From IMG/VR virus record IMGVR_UViG_3300032007_000003, positions 1 to 64,000 of that record: a stretch of DNA of 64,000 nucleotides. One strand, written 5' to 3'. Shown in pieces: positions 1 through 8,660 of the stretch. The position numbers and the translations under genes were made by a program. The notes beneath the pieces were generated by a model. The model worked only from the letters and a program-made list of their open reading frames with translations, searched no databases and was not told where the DNA came from. The number at the start of each line of letters is the position of its first letter. Position 1 is the first letter of the stretch. The stretch is from a virus. Its lineage: Duplodnaviria > Heunggongvirae > Uroviricota > Caudoviricetes.

Positions 1-2
1 AT

Positions 3-242
3 GAGGCTCTTACAAGACTTATGGTTGCTGATTCAACACAAGCTATCAGACTATGGAGAAACGACCCTACAGTACAAGACTCTGCCAGTTCTGTTTATGG
101 CAGTTGGCTTTGGTCTTCGTCTGAGACCAGTGTTAACCTTGCGAGGGGTGTCAATGTGACCTATGGCCGTGTCAGCAACCGTGATAAGTACTACTCCGAC
201 ACGACTAACCGTGTGAGGGCTTTCGCAGCTTTAAGCGTTTAA
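3..242 (+). CDS. DGR target protein, C-terminal fragment (CLec-like variable domain); gene begins upstream of the window
   Basis: Frame is open from base 3 (EALTRLMVAD...). Ends WLWSSSE..A..V....G.V.....K......RVRAFAAL, typical of DGR CLec targets, and contains the VR. Confidence 0.9.
   Translation, partial: EALTRLMVADSTQAIRLWRNDPTVQDSASSVYGSWLWSSSETSVNLARGVNVTYGRVSNRDKYYSDTTNRVRAFAALSV
79..228 (+). repeat. DGR variable repeat (VR)
   Basis: 150 bp ungapped match to 606-755 with 20 mismatches, all opposite an A in the TR. Confidence 0.97.
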
Positions 243-248
243 ACTTTA

Positions 249-279
249 ATGCTTCCTCTTGTTACTACAGAGGAAGCAT
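249..279 (+). promoter_or_regulatory. DGR target-recognition hairpin/cruciform downstream of VR
   Basis: Perfect 11 bp inverted repeat ATGCTTCCTCT / AGAGGAAGCAT around TGTTACTAC, 7 bp after the target stop codon. Confidence 0.75.
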
Positions 280-344
280 ACATAAAAACCGTATAGAAAT
301 GGTTACTTTTTTGTAAAGTAGCTGATATTTATATTGGTTAAACA

Positions 345-809
345 TAATTAGGATTTTGGGTGACTCATACTTTATACATCTTGATGTGTGCGTAGTAAAT
401 CAGAGTTAAGAGGTGTACATTTGATGTATTGAAAAAGGATATTTAATTTTACATTTTCCAAATAAGATGGGTCTGAGCTAGGGTGATTACGGTCATCTTG
501 GGAGTACATTTTAAAATTAAAGGCATACGCACTGCTTGGCAATGTGCCCAAGTAGTTAAGAAACGAATAGAGTGATAAACCCAATTCAAACAGACGTATG
601 AACTTACTCTGACAATTCTGTTTATGGCAATTGGCTTTGGTCTTCGTCTGAGAACAGTGTTAACAATGCGAGGAATGTCAATGTGAACAATGGCAATGTC
701 AACAACAATGATAAGAACAACTCAAACACGAATAACCGTGTGAGGGCTTTCGCAGAATTACTTTTATGTGTGTAACTCATCGTATGATTCATCCAATTAA
801 TCCTTATTA
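345..809 (+). ncRNA. Predicted DGR template RNA (5' structured leader + TR + spacer, closed by a long-range stem)
   Basis: 345-370 pairs with 782-809; internal hairpins at 373-390, 415-429 and 531-556; 524-529 pairs with 595-600; late motif at 325-333. Confidence 0.6.
606..755 (+). repeat. DGR template repeat (TR)
   Basis: AAC/AAT-rich copy of the VR (18 AAY codons in the target frame), upstream of avd and RT. Confidence 0.97.
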
Positions 810-862
810 TTAAGCATTATTGAAAATAAATTCTACAATCTTACTATTTTTAATTAACTGTT

Positions 863-1222
863 ATGAATGCTACACAATTACCTGTGTTTAGAAAAATGTA
901 TGACCTAAATCTGATGATAATACGCTTGGTAAATAACTTTCCAAAACAATACAAATATAATGTTGGTAATGAATTGATACAGACATCTCTGAGACTCTTC
1001 AAACATTTATTTTCAGCAAATAGGGAATATGATAACAAGGAGAAAAGATTGTCACATCTTGACAATTTCTTGAATGATTATGATTTGTTGAAGGTTCTTA
1101 TACGTCTAGCCAATGAAGAAAGGATGTTCTCAATAAAGGATGCATCCAATCTCGCATTATTAACTGATAATATAACGAAGCAAATCAATGGTTGGAAAAA
1201 TAGTACGGAGAAAGATGAATGA
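863..1222 (+). CDS. avd: DGR accessory variability determinant (Avd-like four-helix bundle)
   Basis: 119 aa; LPVFRK.YDL, FPKQYKY..G..L, LLK.LIRLA, I.KQ..GW; lies between TR and RT. Confidence 0.9.
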   Translation: MNATQLPVFRKMYDLNLMIIRLVNNFPKQYKYNVGNELIQTSLRLFKHLFSANREYDNKEKRLSHLDNFLNDYDLLKVLIRLANEERMFSIKDASNLALLTDNITKQINGWKNSTEKDE

Positions 1223-1241
1223 AAAAAGGTATATATAAACA

Positions 1242-2474
1242 ATGAGGTTTGATAATGAATCTTCCATACCATTGGAAGATTTTTTTATTGCATATTATCA
1301 ATGTAGAAAAAGGAAGCGAAGTACAATAAACGCTTTGGAATTTGAGGTAAATTACGAAGAGAATTTGGTACAGTTATGGAAAGATGTAAATTCAAGGAAA
1401 TATAACATTGGTAGGAGTATATGCTTCCTAGTATCAAGACCAAAATTAAGGGAAATATTTGCAGCCGATTTCAGAGATAGAATAGTGCATCATGTCGTTA
1501 TGATGAGATTAGAGCCGCTATTTGAAGAGGTGTTTATAAATGATAATTATAATTGCAGAAAGGGTAAGGGAACATTATATGGAGTAAAGAGATTACACGA
1601 ACAGATAAGGCAATGTTCAAACAATTATACTGAAGACTGTTACGTAGGAAAATTCGATATGCAAGGTTTCTTTATGAGTATTCACAAACCTACATTGTGG
1701 AAGATGCTTAATGAGTTCATAGAGGAAAAATATTTTGGTGAGGACAAGGAGATTATATTGTGGTTAGTGGAGAAAATAGTAATGCACTGTCCACAATATA
1801 ATTGTATTAGGAAGACACCCATTCATATGTGGGACAGGCTTGCCAAAAATAAGTCATTGTTTACTTGTGGTGATGAATATGGCTTACCAATTGGCAATCT
1901 CACCTCGCAGTGTTTTGCCAATTTCTACTTGCATTGGTTTGATTTGTATGTTGAAGATGAATTTGGGTATTATGGAAGATATGTTGATGATTTTTATATA
2001 ATATGTAAGGATAAGAGACACATAGCATCATTCGTTCCATATATGTCAAATTATTTATATTCAAACCTATTGGTAAAACTACATCCAGATAAAATATATA
2101 TACAACATTATAAGAAAGGAGTTAAATTTATAGGAAGTGTTGTGAAAGGTGAAAGGATATACAACAGCAATGTTGGAATATCTAACGTATATATGGCAAT
2201 ACACAAGTTCAACGAATTAATTGGCATAAGCAATGCTGAACACTTGGTGCAATCATTGAATAGTTACTGGGGATTTATGAAACATTATAATTCATATAAC
2301 GTGAAAAAAAGGGTATTTAACCTAATTGATTATGGCTGGTTCAAATATGTGAAATATAATTCACCAAGACATAAATTTGAAATAAGAAGATACTATAAAG
2401 ATAATATAATGATAAAAATTGATTTCAAAGACAAGGAAAAATTCTGTGATAAGTATTATAGGATTTTTTGTTAA
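1242..2474 (+). CDS. DGR reverse transcriptase
   Basis: FRDRIVHH, GLPIGNLTSQ (DGR-type SQ), YGRYVDDF; adjacent to TR and avd. Confidence 0.96.
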   Translation: MRFDNESSIPLEDFFIAYYQCRKRKRSTINALEFEVNYEENLVQLWKDVNSRKYNIGRSICFLVSRPKLREIFAADFRDRIVHHVVMMRLEPLFEEVFINDNYNCRKGKGTLYGVKRLHEQIRQCSNNYTEDCYVGKFDMQGFFMSIHKPTLWKMLNEFIEEKYFGEDKEIILWLVEKIVMHCPQYNCIRKTPIHMWDRLAKNKSLFTCGDEYGLPIGNLTSQCFANFYLHWFDLYVEDEFGYYGRYVDDFYIICKDKRHIASFVPYMSNYLYSNLLVKLHPDKIYIQHYKKGVKFIGSVVKGERIYNSNVGISNVYMAIHKFNELIGISNAEHLVQSLNSYWGFMKHYNSYNVKKRVFNLIDYGWFKYVKYNSPRHKFEIRRYYKDNIMIKIDFKDKEKFCDKYYRIFC

Positions 2475-2533
2475 GTATAGATATTTATAGTAAGAGTAGA
2501 AAATAATTTTAATAACAAATATTTAAAAGAATT

Positions 2534-4339
2534 ATGATAAAGAATCTTACTTCATTGGGGCTTTTACGTAATGGTAAAGTCTATGGAACAAAACAGCTTG
2601 CAATCCAAGGATTAACACAATCAGCAACAAATGATGGTGTTGCAAAATTGGCTCGTTATCTTGACCCAGTTCTTGGTGGAGGTCCAATCATTCGTACATT
2701 GGTTGGATTCTACGCAAATGCAGCAGAAATGCAAGATGCTGGCGGCGGTCAGTCATCATATACAATCCTTGATATAGATGGTAGCGCAGCAGATGTAACT
2801 GAAATCAGACAAGAAATTGCTACAATCAACAGTATCATCGGTGAAGGAATACAAGGAACAACACTTACAGCTGCAATAAATGACATTAATGATAGACTTG
2901 GAAGTGGATTTACAAGTTCTCATACAGTAGCAGACGCTCTCGTTGAACTTGCATCTTCTCTAACAGATTTGCTGACAATAACACTTGATGTAGCGAGTGA
3001 CCCTGGTGAATATCTCAAGAAATATGAACTTAAACAAGGTGGAAACCTTATAGGTACTATTGATATACCAAAGGATTTGGTTGTTGTAAGCGGTAGTCTT
3101 GTACACGGTACTTGGAGTGGTGATACATTCATAGAAAGCCAAGAAGGACCTGATACAGCAATTAAGTTGGTTATCGCAAACCAGGAAGAACCAGTATATA
3201 TCAACACAAAGGATTTGGTAGATTATTATACAGCTGGTGACGGTATCGAGATAGATAACACCCATAATACCATTGCAATTAAGCGTGACGAGGCTTCTGA
3301 GGCGTTTTTGATAGTAGGGGTTAATGGTATTAAGGTAGAAGGAATTCAACTCGCCATAGACACTGCAATTGAGGCTGCAAAACTTGACGGTAGTGACGGT
3401 ATATCTATTGCATCAAACAAGGTTAAGGCTGTGGCTGCAAAGTTCTCAGCAAATGCTTTGAAAAACCCTATCACTGTAAGCGAGGATGGTATTAAGTTCG
3501 CAAGTCTTCTTGACTGTGGTTTCTTCGATGATATAACAGCTGTGGTGTCAGATGCTGAACAGATTAACGCTATTACAGACCCTAGCGAAACAGATGTATT
3601 CATTAATGGCGATGGTGCATTGAATGCTCTTACAACAAAGAAGACATTCAAAAACATAGAGGTATCAGACGTATCAGCAAATACACAGATATTCTTGAGT
3701 GCAGAACAATCAATAATAGTAGATGGTGTTGAAATTACTGGTACAAAGGGTAGTACAAACGGATATATTAATTATTCAGCACCAATTATCGAAGTAAGCA
3801 ACTTGTCAATCGCAAACGGTTCAACAGCATATAATGTATTCGAGGGAGACCAGACAAATCAGAACCTTGAAGTACTTAATACTAGTGACATCACAGTTGA
3901 TAATCCATCACTTGCACACAATGTGTTTAATGTGTATAAACCACAGAATGATGCTGTAGTAAGCATAAGTGATTCAAAGTTCAACTTGACTGTAGATAAT
4001 TCAAATGTATTGAGAATGGCTAATTATGGTAACGCAACTGGTGTTACTGTAATACTTGAGAATATTGAATGGACATATGAAAACAGCCTTACAACTAATG
4101 ATTGGCGTTGGGCAGGATTGGTAATATACCAACCAGCTAGCGGTGACGCAGGGTTAAATGGTGACTTGACAAAGATGAAATCATGGACATTCAAGTTCAA
4201 GAACTGTAAGTACAACGGAAAGAAAGTTACTGCAAACAACTTCGGACAGCACAATCAAGTATTCTACTTATATAACGTAGGAAATACTGGTGCTATAATC
4301 GACCCAATTGAAAATGAATTCAATGTTTCATTTGAATAA
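2534..4339 (+). CDS. Putative virion fibre/surface protein (late)
   Basis: 601 aa, G/T/S/N-rich, YTAGDGIEI and GSDGISI repeats, beta-rich C-terminus; late motif at 2481-2489. Confidence 0.55.
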   Translation: MIKNLTSLGLLRNGKVYGTKQLAIQGLTQSATNDGVAKLARYLDPVLGGGPIIRTLVGFYANAAEMQDAGGGQSSYTILDIDGSAADVTEIRQEIATINSIIGEGIQGTTLTAAINDINDRLGSGFTSSHTVADALVELASSLTDLLTITLDVASDPGEYLKKYELKQGGNLIGTIDIPKDLVVVSGSLVHGTWSGDTFIESQEGPDTAIKLVIANQEEPVYINTKDLVDYYTAGDGIEIDNTHNTIAIKRDEASEAFLIVGVNGIKVEGIQLAIDTAIEAAKLDGSDGISIASNKVKAVAAKFSANALKNPITVSEDGIKFASLLDCGFFDDITAVVSDAEQINAITDPSETDVFINGDGALNALTTKKTFKNIEVSDVSANTQIFLSAEQSIIVDGVEITGTKGSTNGYINYSAPIIEVSNLSIANGSTAYNVFEGDQTNQNLEVLNTSDITVDNPSLAHNVFNVYKPQNDAVVSISDSKFNLTVDNSNVLRMANYGNATGVTVILENIEWTYENSLTTNDWRWAGLVIYQPASGDAGLNGDLTKMKSWTFKFKNCKYNGKKVTANNFGQHNQVFYLYNVGNTGAIIDPIENEFNVSFE

Positions 4340-4366
4340 TTTTGGAATTTCATAATATATAAAAAC

Positions 4367-4403
4367 GGAAACCCAACTTAGGAAACTATCCTAGTTGGGT
4401 TTC
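4367..4403. terminator. Hairpin between convergent genes (probably bidirectional terminator)
   Basis: GAAACCCAACT(T)AGGA ... TCCTAGTTGGGTTTC inverted repeat. Confidence 0.6.
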
Positions 4404-4682
4404 TTTATATAAGTCTGCATAATGTAGATTATTATTATTTGTTTCAGTCTCAGTAATGATACCTTCAAGTTTGAGAACTGACAATGATTTTCTTTTACCG
4501 TCTGAATACACGAGACCAGCAAGTGTCTTCACACCACTTTTACCTTTGTATCTTGCAAGAATCATTGAACCGTCAGCGAGTCCTTCTCTCAGTTGTTTTC
4601 TGAGACTTGATATTGCTTCAGAACGTGTGTCAAATATATTTCTGTTTCTTAAGAATGCTAATGTGTTTTTTACCAATGCCAT
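4386..4682 (-). CDS. Small protein homologous to the N-terminal domain of 2534..4339
   Basis: Shares L.(F/L)LRN...T...AI..L...DG...LARY....(K/R)TL.G pattern; host-type promoter at 4700-4731. Confidence 0.7.
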   Translation of the reverse strand: MALVKNTLAFLRNRNIFDTRSEAISSLRKQLREGLADGSMILARYKGKSGVKTLAGLVYSDGKRKSLSVLKLEGIITETETNNNNLHYADLYKETQLG

Positions 4683-4731
4683 ATTTATAAATCTTTATGC
4701 AAAGATATATAAAATATTTTGAAAAAACAAA

Positions 4732-6165
4732 TTATTGAGAAGGTTTTTTATACTTTTCTTCAGTTAATATTACTGGGAACGTTTTCATCTTTTTGAAGTG
4801 TGTCAATAAAAACAAGTTGGTTATTCTTTCAGCAAGATACCCACCGATTCTATACTGATATTCTGGTGTACTGTTTGGATAGAATGACTTCAAATATTTC
4901 TCATAATTGTTATAAATTCTTTTGTTTATATTAATACCTACAACCTTAAGATATTCATTTAATATATCCATTACAAATTTTATATATTCTTTGAAATCCT
5001 CACTTTTCATTATGAACATATTATATGGTATGAATATCTTACCATTGATAAAATTGTGCCACATATTTGCATATTGCGGATACTTGTCAGATATTATGCC
5101 ACCGATAAGGTATAAGTCTTCAATATTATGACACAAACTATACTGGGCTTTTACACTAATCTTCAATGTCTTTGACTTTGCCACAATGCAATCGTATTCA
5201 GAGAATATCTTATCAAGGTCTGGTATATCATCCATAAAGTTGAAATATCTTCTATTATGACAGAAGCCAGTATACTTCTTCAGCTCTCTTGTCTTGGCTA
5301 TATGGTCAAGCATATATATTTCAGAATAGAACCTATCATCAAGTGGTGAGTTATGTTTACATTGGATTAACTCAAGATTGGAATCATTCTCAATCTCATG
5401 ATTACCAACAACAATCTTATATACATCGTTCTTTACAATGGGCTTGAAAGTCTTCTGAGTACCGATGAATATGTCAATGTCACTTGACTTGAAATTGGTG
5501 ACAGTGTACTCATTCAAAGGCAAGTGATTCATCTCAATAATGACATCAGTGAAATCAATGTTATCACACTTGTCAAAGACGCATAACTTCTTCCTATTGT
5601 CGAAATACCATATCTCCTTGAAGAAACAAGATAAAAACGATATTTCAGGTATCATCTGAGAATCACCACTGATGAATAACTTCCTTTTGCTGTTAATCGT
5701 CTTGTTAACCAACCTTGAACATTCATGCGAATATCTGTATAACTTATGGTAATCAGTTATGTCACTCTCTGTGGATGTGTTTGTAACTATATCATCAAAT
5801 GACAAGTCATCAAAATGCTCACCCCTTGTGAAACCGTATATCTCATATCTGTATTCTTCCTTCGGTCTCAATATGGATAGGTCAAATTCACCACTCTTGC
5901 GCTCCATAATAGTGAAATCATCCTCATTGTATTTCAAGTTCAATAACTTGCATAATAACGGTATGGAATATGACCTATGATATTCACTTGTGAAATGGTT
6001 GATATTCTTCTCCCATTTATCATACATCATTCCCTTTTCAGGCAATGGTAATCTGTTGATTCCATCAATATCATACCTCACATACGTGTTATATGATAAA
6101 GGATACTGTATGTATATCGCTCTATTCAGTATGTCTTGTTTCATTAATGTAATTCGTCTTTTCAA
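4732..6165 (-). CDS. Two-domain protein: SGNH-like N-terminus + DUF4422-type glycosyltransferase domain
   Basis: LFISGDSQ motif; YSEI, YTGFCHNRRYF, PYNMFIMK, RIGGYLAER. Start may be the ATG at 6144. Confidence 0.65.
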   Translation of the reverse strand: MKRRITLMKQDILNRAIYIQYPLSYNTYVRYDIDGINRLPLPEKGMMYDKWEKNINHFTSEYHRSYSIPLLCKLLNLKYNEDDFTIMERKSGEFDLSILRPKEEYRYEIYGFTRGEHFDDLSFDDIVTNTSTESDITDYHKLYRYSHECSRLVNKTINSKRKLFISGDSQMIPEISFLSCFFKEIWYFDNRKKLCVFDKCDNIDFTDVIIEMNHLPLNEYTVTNFKSSDIDIFIGTQKTFKPIVKNDVYKIVVGNHEIENDSNLELIQCKHNSPLDDRFYSEIYMLDHIAKTRELKKYTGFCHNRRYFNFMDDIPDLDKIFSEYDCIVAKSKTLKISVKAQYSLCHNIEDLYLIGGIISDKYPQYANMWHNFINGKIFIPYNMFIMKSEDFKEYIKFVMDILNEYLKVVGININKRIYNNYEKYLKSFYPNSTPEYQYRIGGYLAERITNLFLLTHFKKMKTFPVILTEEKYKKPSQ

Positions 6166-6928
6166 CCGTCTTATTGTTTATCTTGAAGAAATCATCCAAC
6201 TTATACGATGAACTGAAAGTCTTATATGACCTATCAGCAACACCCCTAATCCTCTTATTATTTATCCATTCATCAATTGTTTTTGTGGTAAAATGCTTGA
6301 TATATGCTTTGCTGAAGTCATATGGATTGAAAGGTGAACCGTTTATCTCAACACCTATTGAATCAACGTATTTCAAATGCATGCTAGGAGTGTGTGGCGT
6401 GCCATTCCATCTGAAGTTTGGAATATACCCCTTTACAATTGATTTCACATGATTATTCATTGGAAAATTGTATCCAATGCATTTATCGTATTGCATTGGT
6501 GTCGTAAATCTCTCTAGTAATGGTCTGTGGTCGTTTATTACAAGGTCATTGTCAGTATATACCATCCAATTTATTTTAATGCAGTCATAGGCTTCAAAAT
6601 GTTCCAAGAACGAATGTACATTATCATCTTCTACAAGTGTAAGGAACTCATCAAAGTCAAAGAACGCAATCCAATCGTATTCATTACCATATTTAGAATA
6701 ACAGTCGTTATATGCAGACAGTTGTGCAGCCTCCTTATTTCTGAAATTTATTACGGTTACAAAACTGTCATCAATGTATGTTTGAAGTACATCTTCGAAA
6801 TGTTCTTCCCCATCGTGGTTGTTATCGTAGATGAATATCTTATCGAAACCTATCGACTTGTAGTAATCAACATACTCAACGGCATATTGATTCTCAAGCC
6901 TTCCAATACAGCATAGCGCTACTTTCAT
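6122..6928 (-). CDS. GT-A fold glycosyltransferase (GT2/GT92-like)
   Basis: VALCCIGRLEN, IFIYDNN, WIAFFDFDEF (DxD), KSIV, IKHF. Confidence 0.85.
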   Translation of the reverse strand: MKVALCCIGRLENQYAVEYVDYYKSIGFDKIFIYDNNHDGEEHFEDVLQTYIDDSFVTVINFRNKEAAQLSAYNDCYSKYGNEYDWIAFFDFDEFLTLVEDDNVHSFLEHFEAYDCIKINWMVYTDNDLVINDHRPLLERFTTPMQYDKCIGYNFPMNNHVKSIVKGYIPNFRWNGTPHTPSMHLKYVDSIGVEINGSPFNPYDFSKAYIKHFTTKTIDEWINNKRIRGVADRSYKTFSSSYKLDDFFKINNKTVEKTNYINETRHTE

Positions 6929-7359
6929 TATTTATATTTGTTTAAAAATTCTGAAATCTTATTTTCAGCATCCTCGAAGTCATTTGCCAATATTGCTTGC
7001 AAACCGTTACCATCTTTTGTTTTAATGCAAAATTCAATTGAGTCTTTTGGCTTCATATATCTGAAGAACAAATCATTATTATCTTTAACTATTTTTGTTA
7101 ATTTTTCATTTAAAGCGATATTTTCATTAGAACCATTATCACGTAAATAATACGAACATTTTTTATCAAACATTTCTCCGATTGTTTTAAATGATTCACT
7201 AGAAATTGGTATTATCTTATTATTTTTTTCTGATATATCACATATTGTCCACCCTATGATATTATCATTATCATCAATAATAGCCCCTACTCTTTCATAA
7301 AAAGGTAAACCAAGCGCCTTTGTTAATTCATCAATAATTTGTTTAAGTTCTACTTTCAT
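6928..7359 (-). CDS. Hypothetical protein
   Basis: 143 aa ORF, stop abuts the start of the glycosyltransferase. Confidence 0.65.
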   Translation of the reverse strand: MKVELKQIIDELTKALGLPFYERVGAIIDDNDNIIGWTICDISEKNNKIIPISSESFKTIGEMFDKKCSYYLRDNGSNENIALNEKLTKIVKDNNDLFFRYMKPKDSIEFCIKTKDGNGLQAILANDFEDAENKISEFLNKYK

Positions 7360-7398
7360 GTTTTAAAATATTTATCATTACAAATGATAATATTTTAT

Positions 7399-7575
7399 AT
7401 GGAAAATTCAACAGTTAATTGGGAAGAAGTGAGAATAAATGCAGCCATCAGCGTTATGAACTCCATACTTTCTAGCTCCATACTATTGTTTATATTCCAA
7501 TTTGTTTTTAAGAGACAAGTTGCAGATATTGCTGTGGAATATGCAGATAAATTGATTGAGGAACTGAAGAAATAA
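7399..7575 (+). CDS. Small hypothetical phage protein
   Basis: ATG at 7399; NWEEVRINAA...AVEYADKLIEELKK; ATATTTAT at 7368. Confidence 0.6.
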   Translation: MENSTVNWEEVRINAAISVMNSILSSSILLFIFQFVFKRQVADIAVEYADKLIEELKK

Positions 7576-7590
7576 TGTCATAACTCTAGC

Positions 7591-7626
7591 AAAAAAAAAA
7601 AGAGATAGCTAAAATCTACCTCTTTT
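7591..7626 (-). terminator. Rho-independent terminator
   Basis: Minus strand GAGGTAG-loop-CTATCTC followed by T11. Confidence 0.75.
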
Positions 7627-7630
7627 ATAA

Positions 7631-7835
7631 CAGTATGTTAAAACTTGAACAAAACTAAACTTGCCCATTATTAACTTCTTGCTTCAATCTATCACTGCTT
7701 TTTAGGCTGCTTTCGCAACGGTCATCCACAGTTGGGTAGTCCACAAGCGTAAATTCGGTAGTACTGCTACCTATTTGATTTTTCTTAAAAAAAGTATAAA
7801 AAAGTTTAGTTTTTTAACTAATAGTTAAGTACACC
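7631..7835 (-). mobile_element. Non-autonomous IS607/IS605-family remnant retaining the tnpB 3' end / omega-RNA scaffold
   Basis: Start-less frame 7774-7655 reads IGSSTTEFTLVDYPTVDDRCESSLKSSDRLKQEV, like TnpB C-terminal tails. GC-richer than flanks, with hairpins including GUUGC-GAAA-GCAGC. Confidence 0.6.
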
Positions 7836-7836
7836 A

Positions 7837-8580
7837 TTATCCCCACGTTTCAGCCATTGCTTTTGCAATACTTGGGAATGTTTTTGACCTTAATCTTCTT
7901 CTAGCATTATCCAAATACTCTTTTCTAAGCTTTTTCCCTTCGCTTGTAGAGGTATCTATACCGTTTTCCCTTACCCATTGTTGTGTTTCTTTCTCAGATT
8001 GTATTACTGCGTCAGAAACCCATTTTGGGAGTTTCTTTCCACTGCTATATGTATATTCAAGACCACTTGGTTCTTCATCAACTATTGGGACTAATGGTTT
8101 CAAGTTTTTCAGCCAAAGGCAAGTTGTTTTCTTTGCCAAATCACCGAATTGCCAAGGGTTGATGATTTGTGTCGGTTTCATCCAATTTGTACTTATTGCG
8201 CCAATTGGATTCTCTATGGCAATCATTTCGATGTCAACACTTGCAAGTTTCATCACAAACTCAATTGCTTCTTTTCTTTCTCTCCATCTTTCCACATTTA
8301 GAGAGCCATCCTTGTTATAAAGCCAACGTGCTCCAGATACAGCCAAGTATGTGCAAGGTGGGTGTACGATAAATAAGTTCCAACCATCCACTCTCACAAA
8401 GTTTCCATCTTGTGTTATTCCGCCATGATTATCAATTACGCTGAATATATCACAGTTGAAGTGCCATTCTGGATGTCCACCACTGCATTTTTGTAAATCA
8501 CAACTATAGGCATTATGTCCTAACTTTCTAAACTCATTGCATACTGCTTGACTTTCTTCGCATCCAATTAAAACATTCAT
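7837..8580 (-). CDS. DNA cytosine-C5 methyltransferase-like protein
   Basis: VLIGCEES (motif I variant), HPPCTYL (catalytic PC), IENP, K.TCLWL, RSKTFP.IA.AMA. Confidence 0.8.
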   Translation of the reverse strand: MNVLIGCEESQAVCNEFRKLGHNAYSCDLQKCSGGHPEWHFNCDIFSVIDNHGGITQDGNFVRVDGWNLFIVHPPCTYLAVSGARWLYNKDGSLNVERWRERKEAIEFVMKLASVDIEMIAIENPIGAISTNWMKPTQIINPWQFGDLAKKTTCLWLKNLKPLVPIVDEEPSGLEYTYSSGKKLPKWVSDAVIQSEKETQQWVRENGIDTSTSEGKKLRKEYLDNARRRLRSKTFPSIAKAMAETWG

Positions 8581-8660
8581 TTATATTGTTAAGTTTTAAA
8601 GTTAATATATATTTAACGATGCAAAGATATACAAAAAAATTGAGTCAAACAAATGTCAAC

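Noticed and set aside
1242-2474. RT as group II intron or retron
   Set aside because: No maturase/endonuclease domain; the SQ motif, avd and an A-specific TR/VR pair identify a DGR.
2534-4339. Second DGR target
   Set aside because: No TR-like sequence found by eye at its 3' end or elsewhere in the window.
7655-7774. SAM-II riboswitch or hammerhead/pistol ribozyme
   Set aside because: Only partial word matches (GAAUUU, CUAAA, GAUGA..GAAA) without the required cores; it lies 3' of a gene and reads as a TnpB-like tail.
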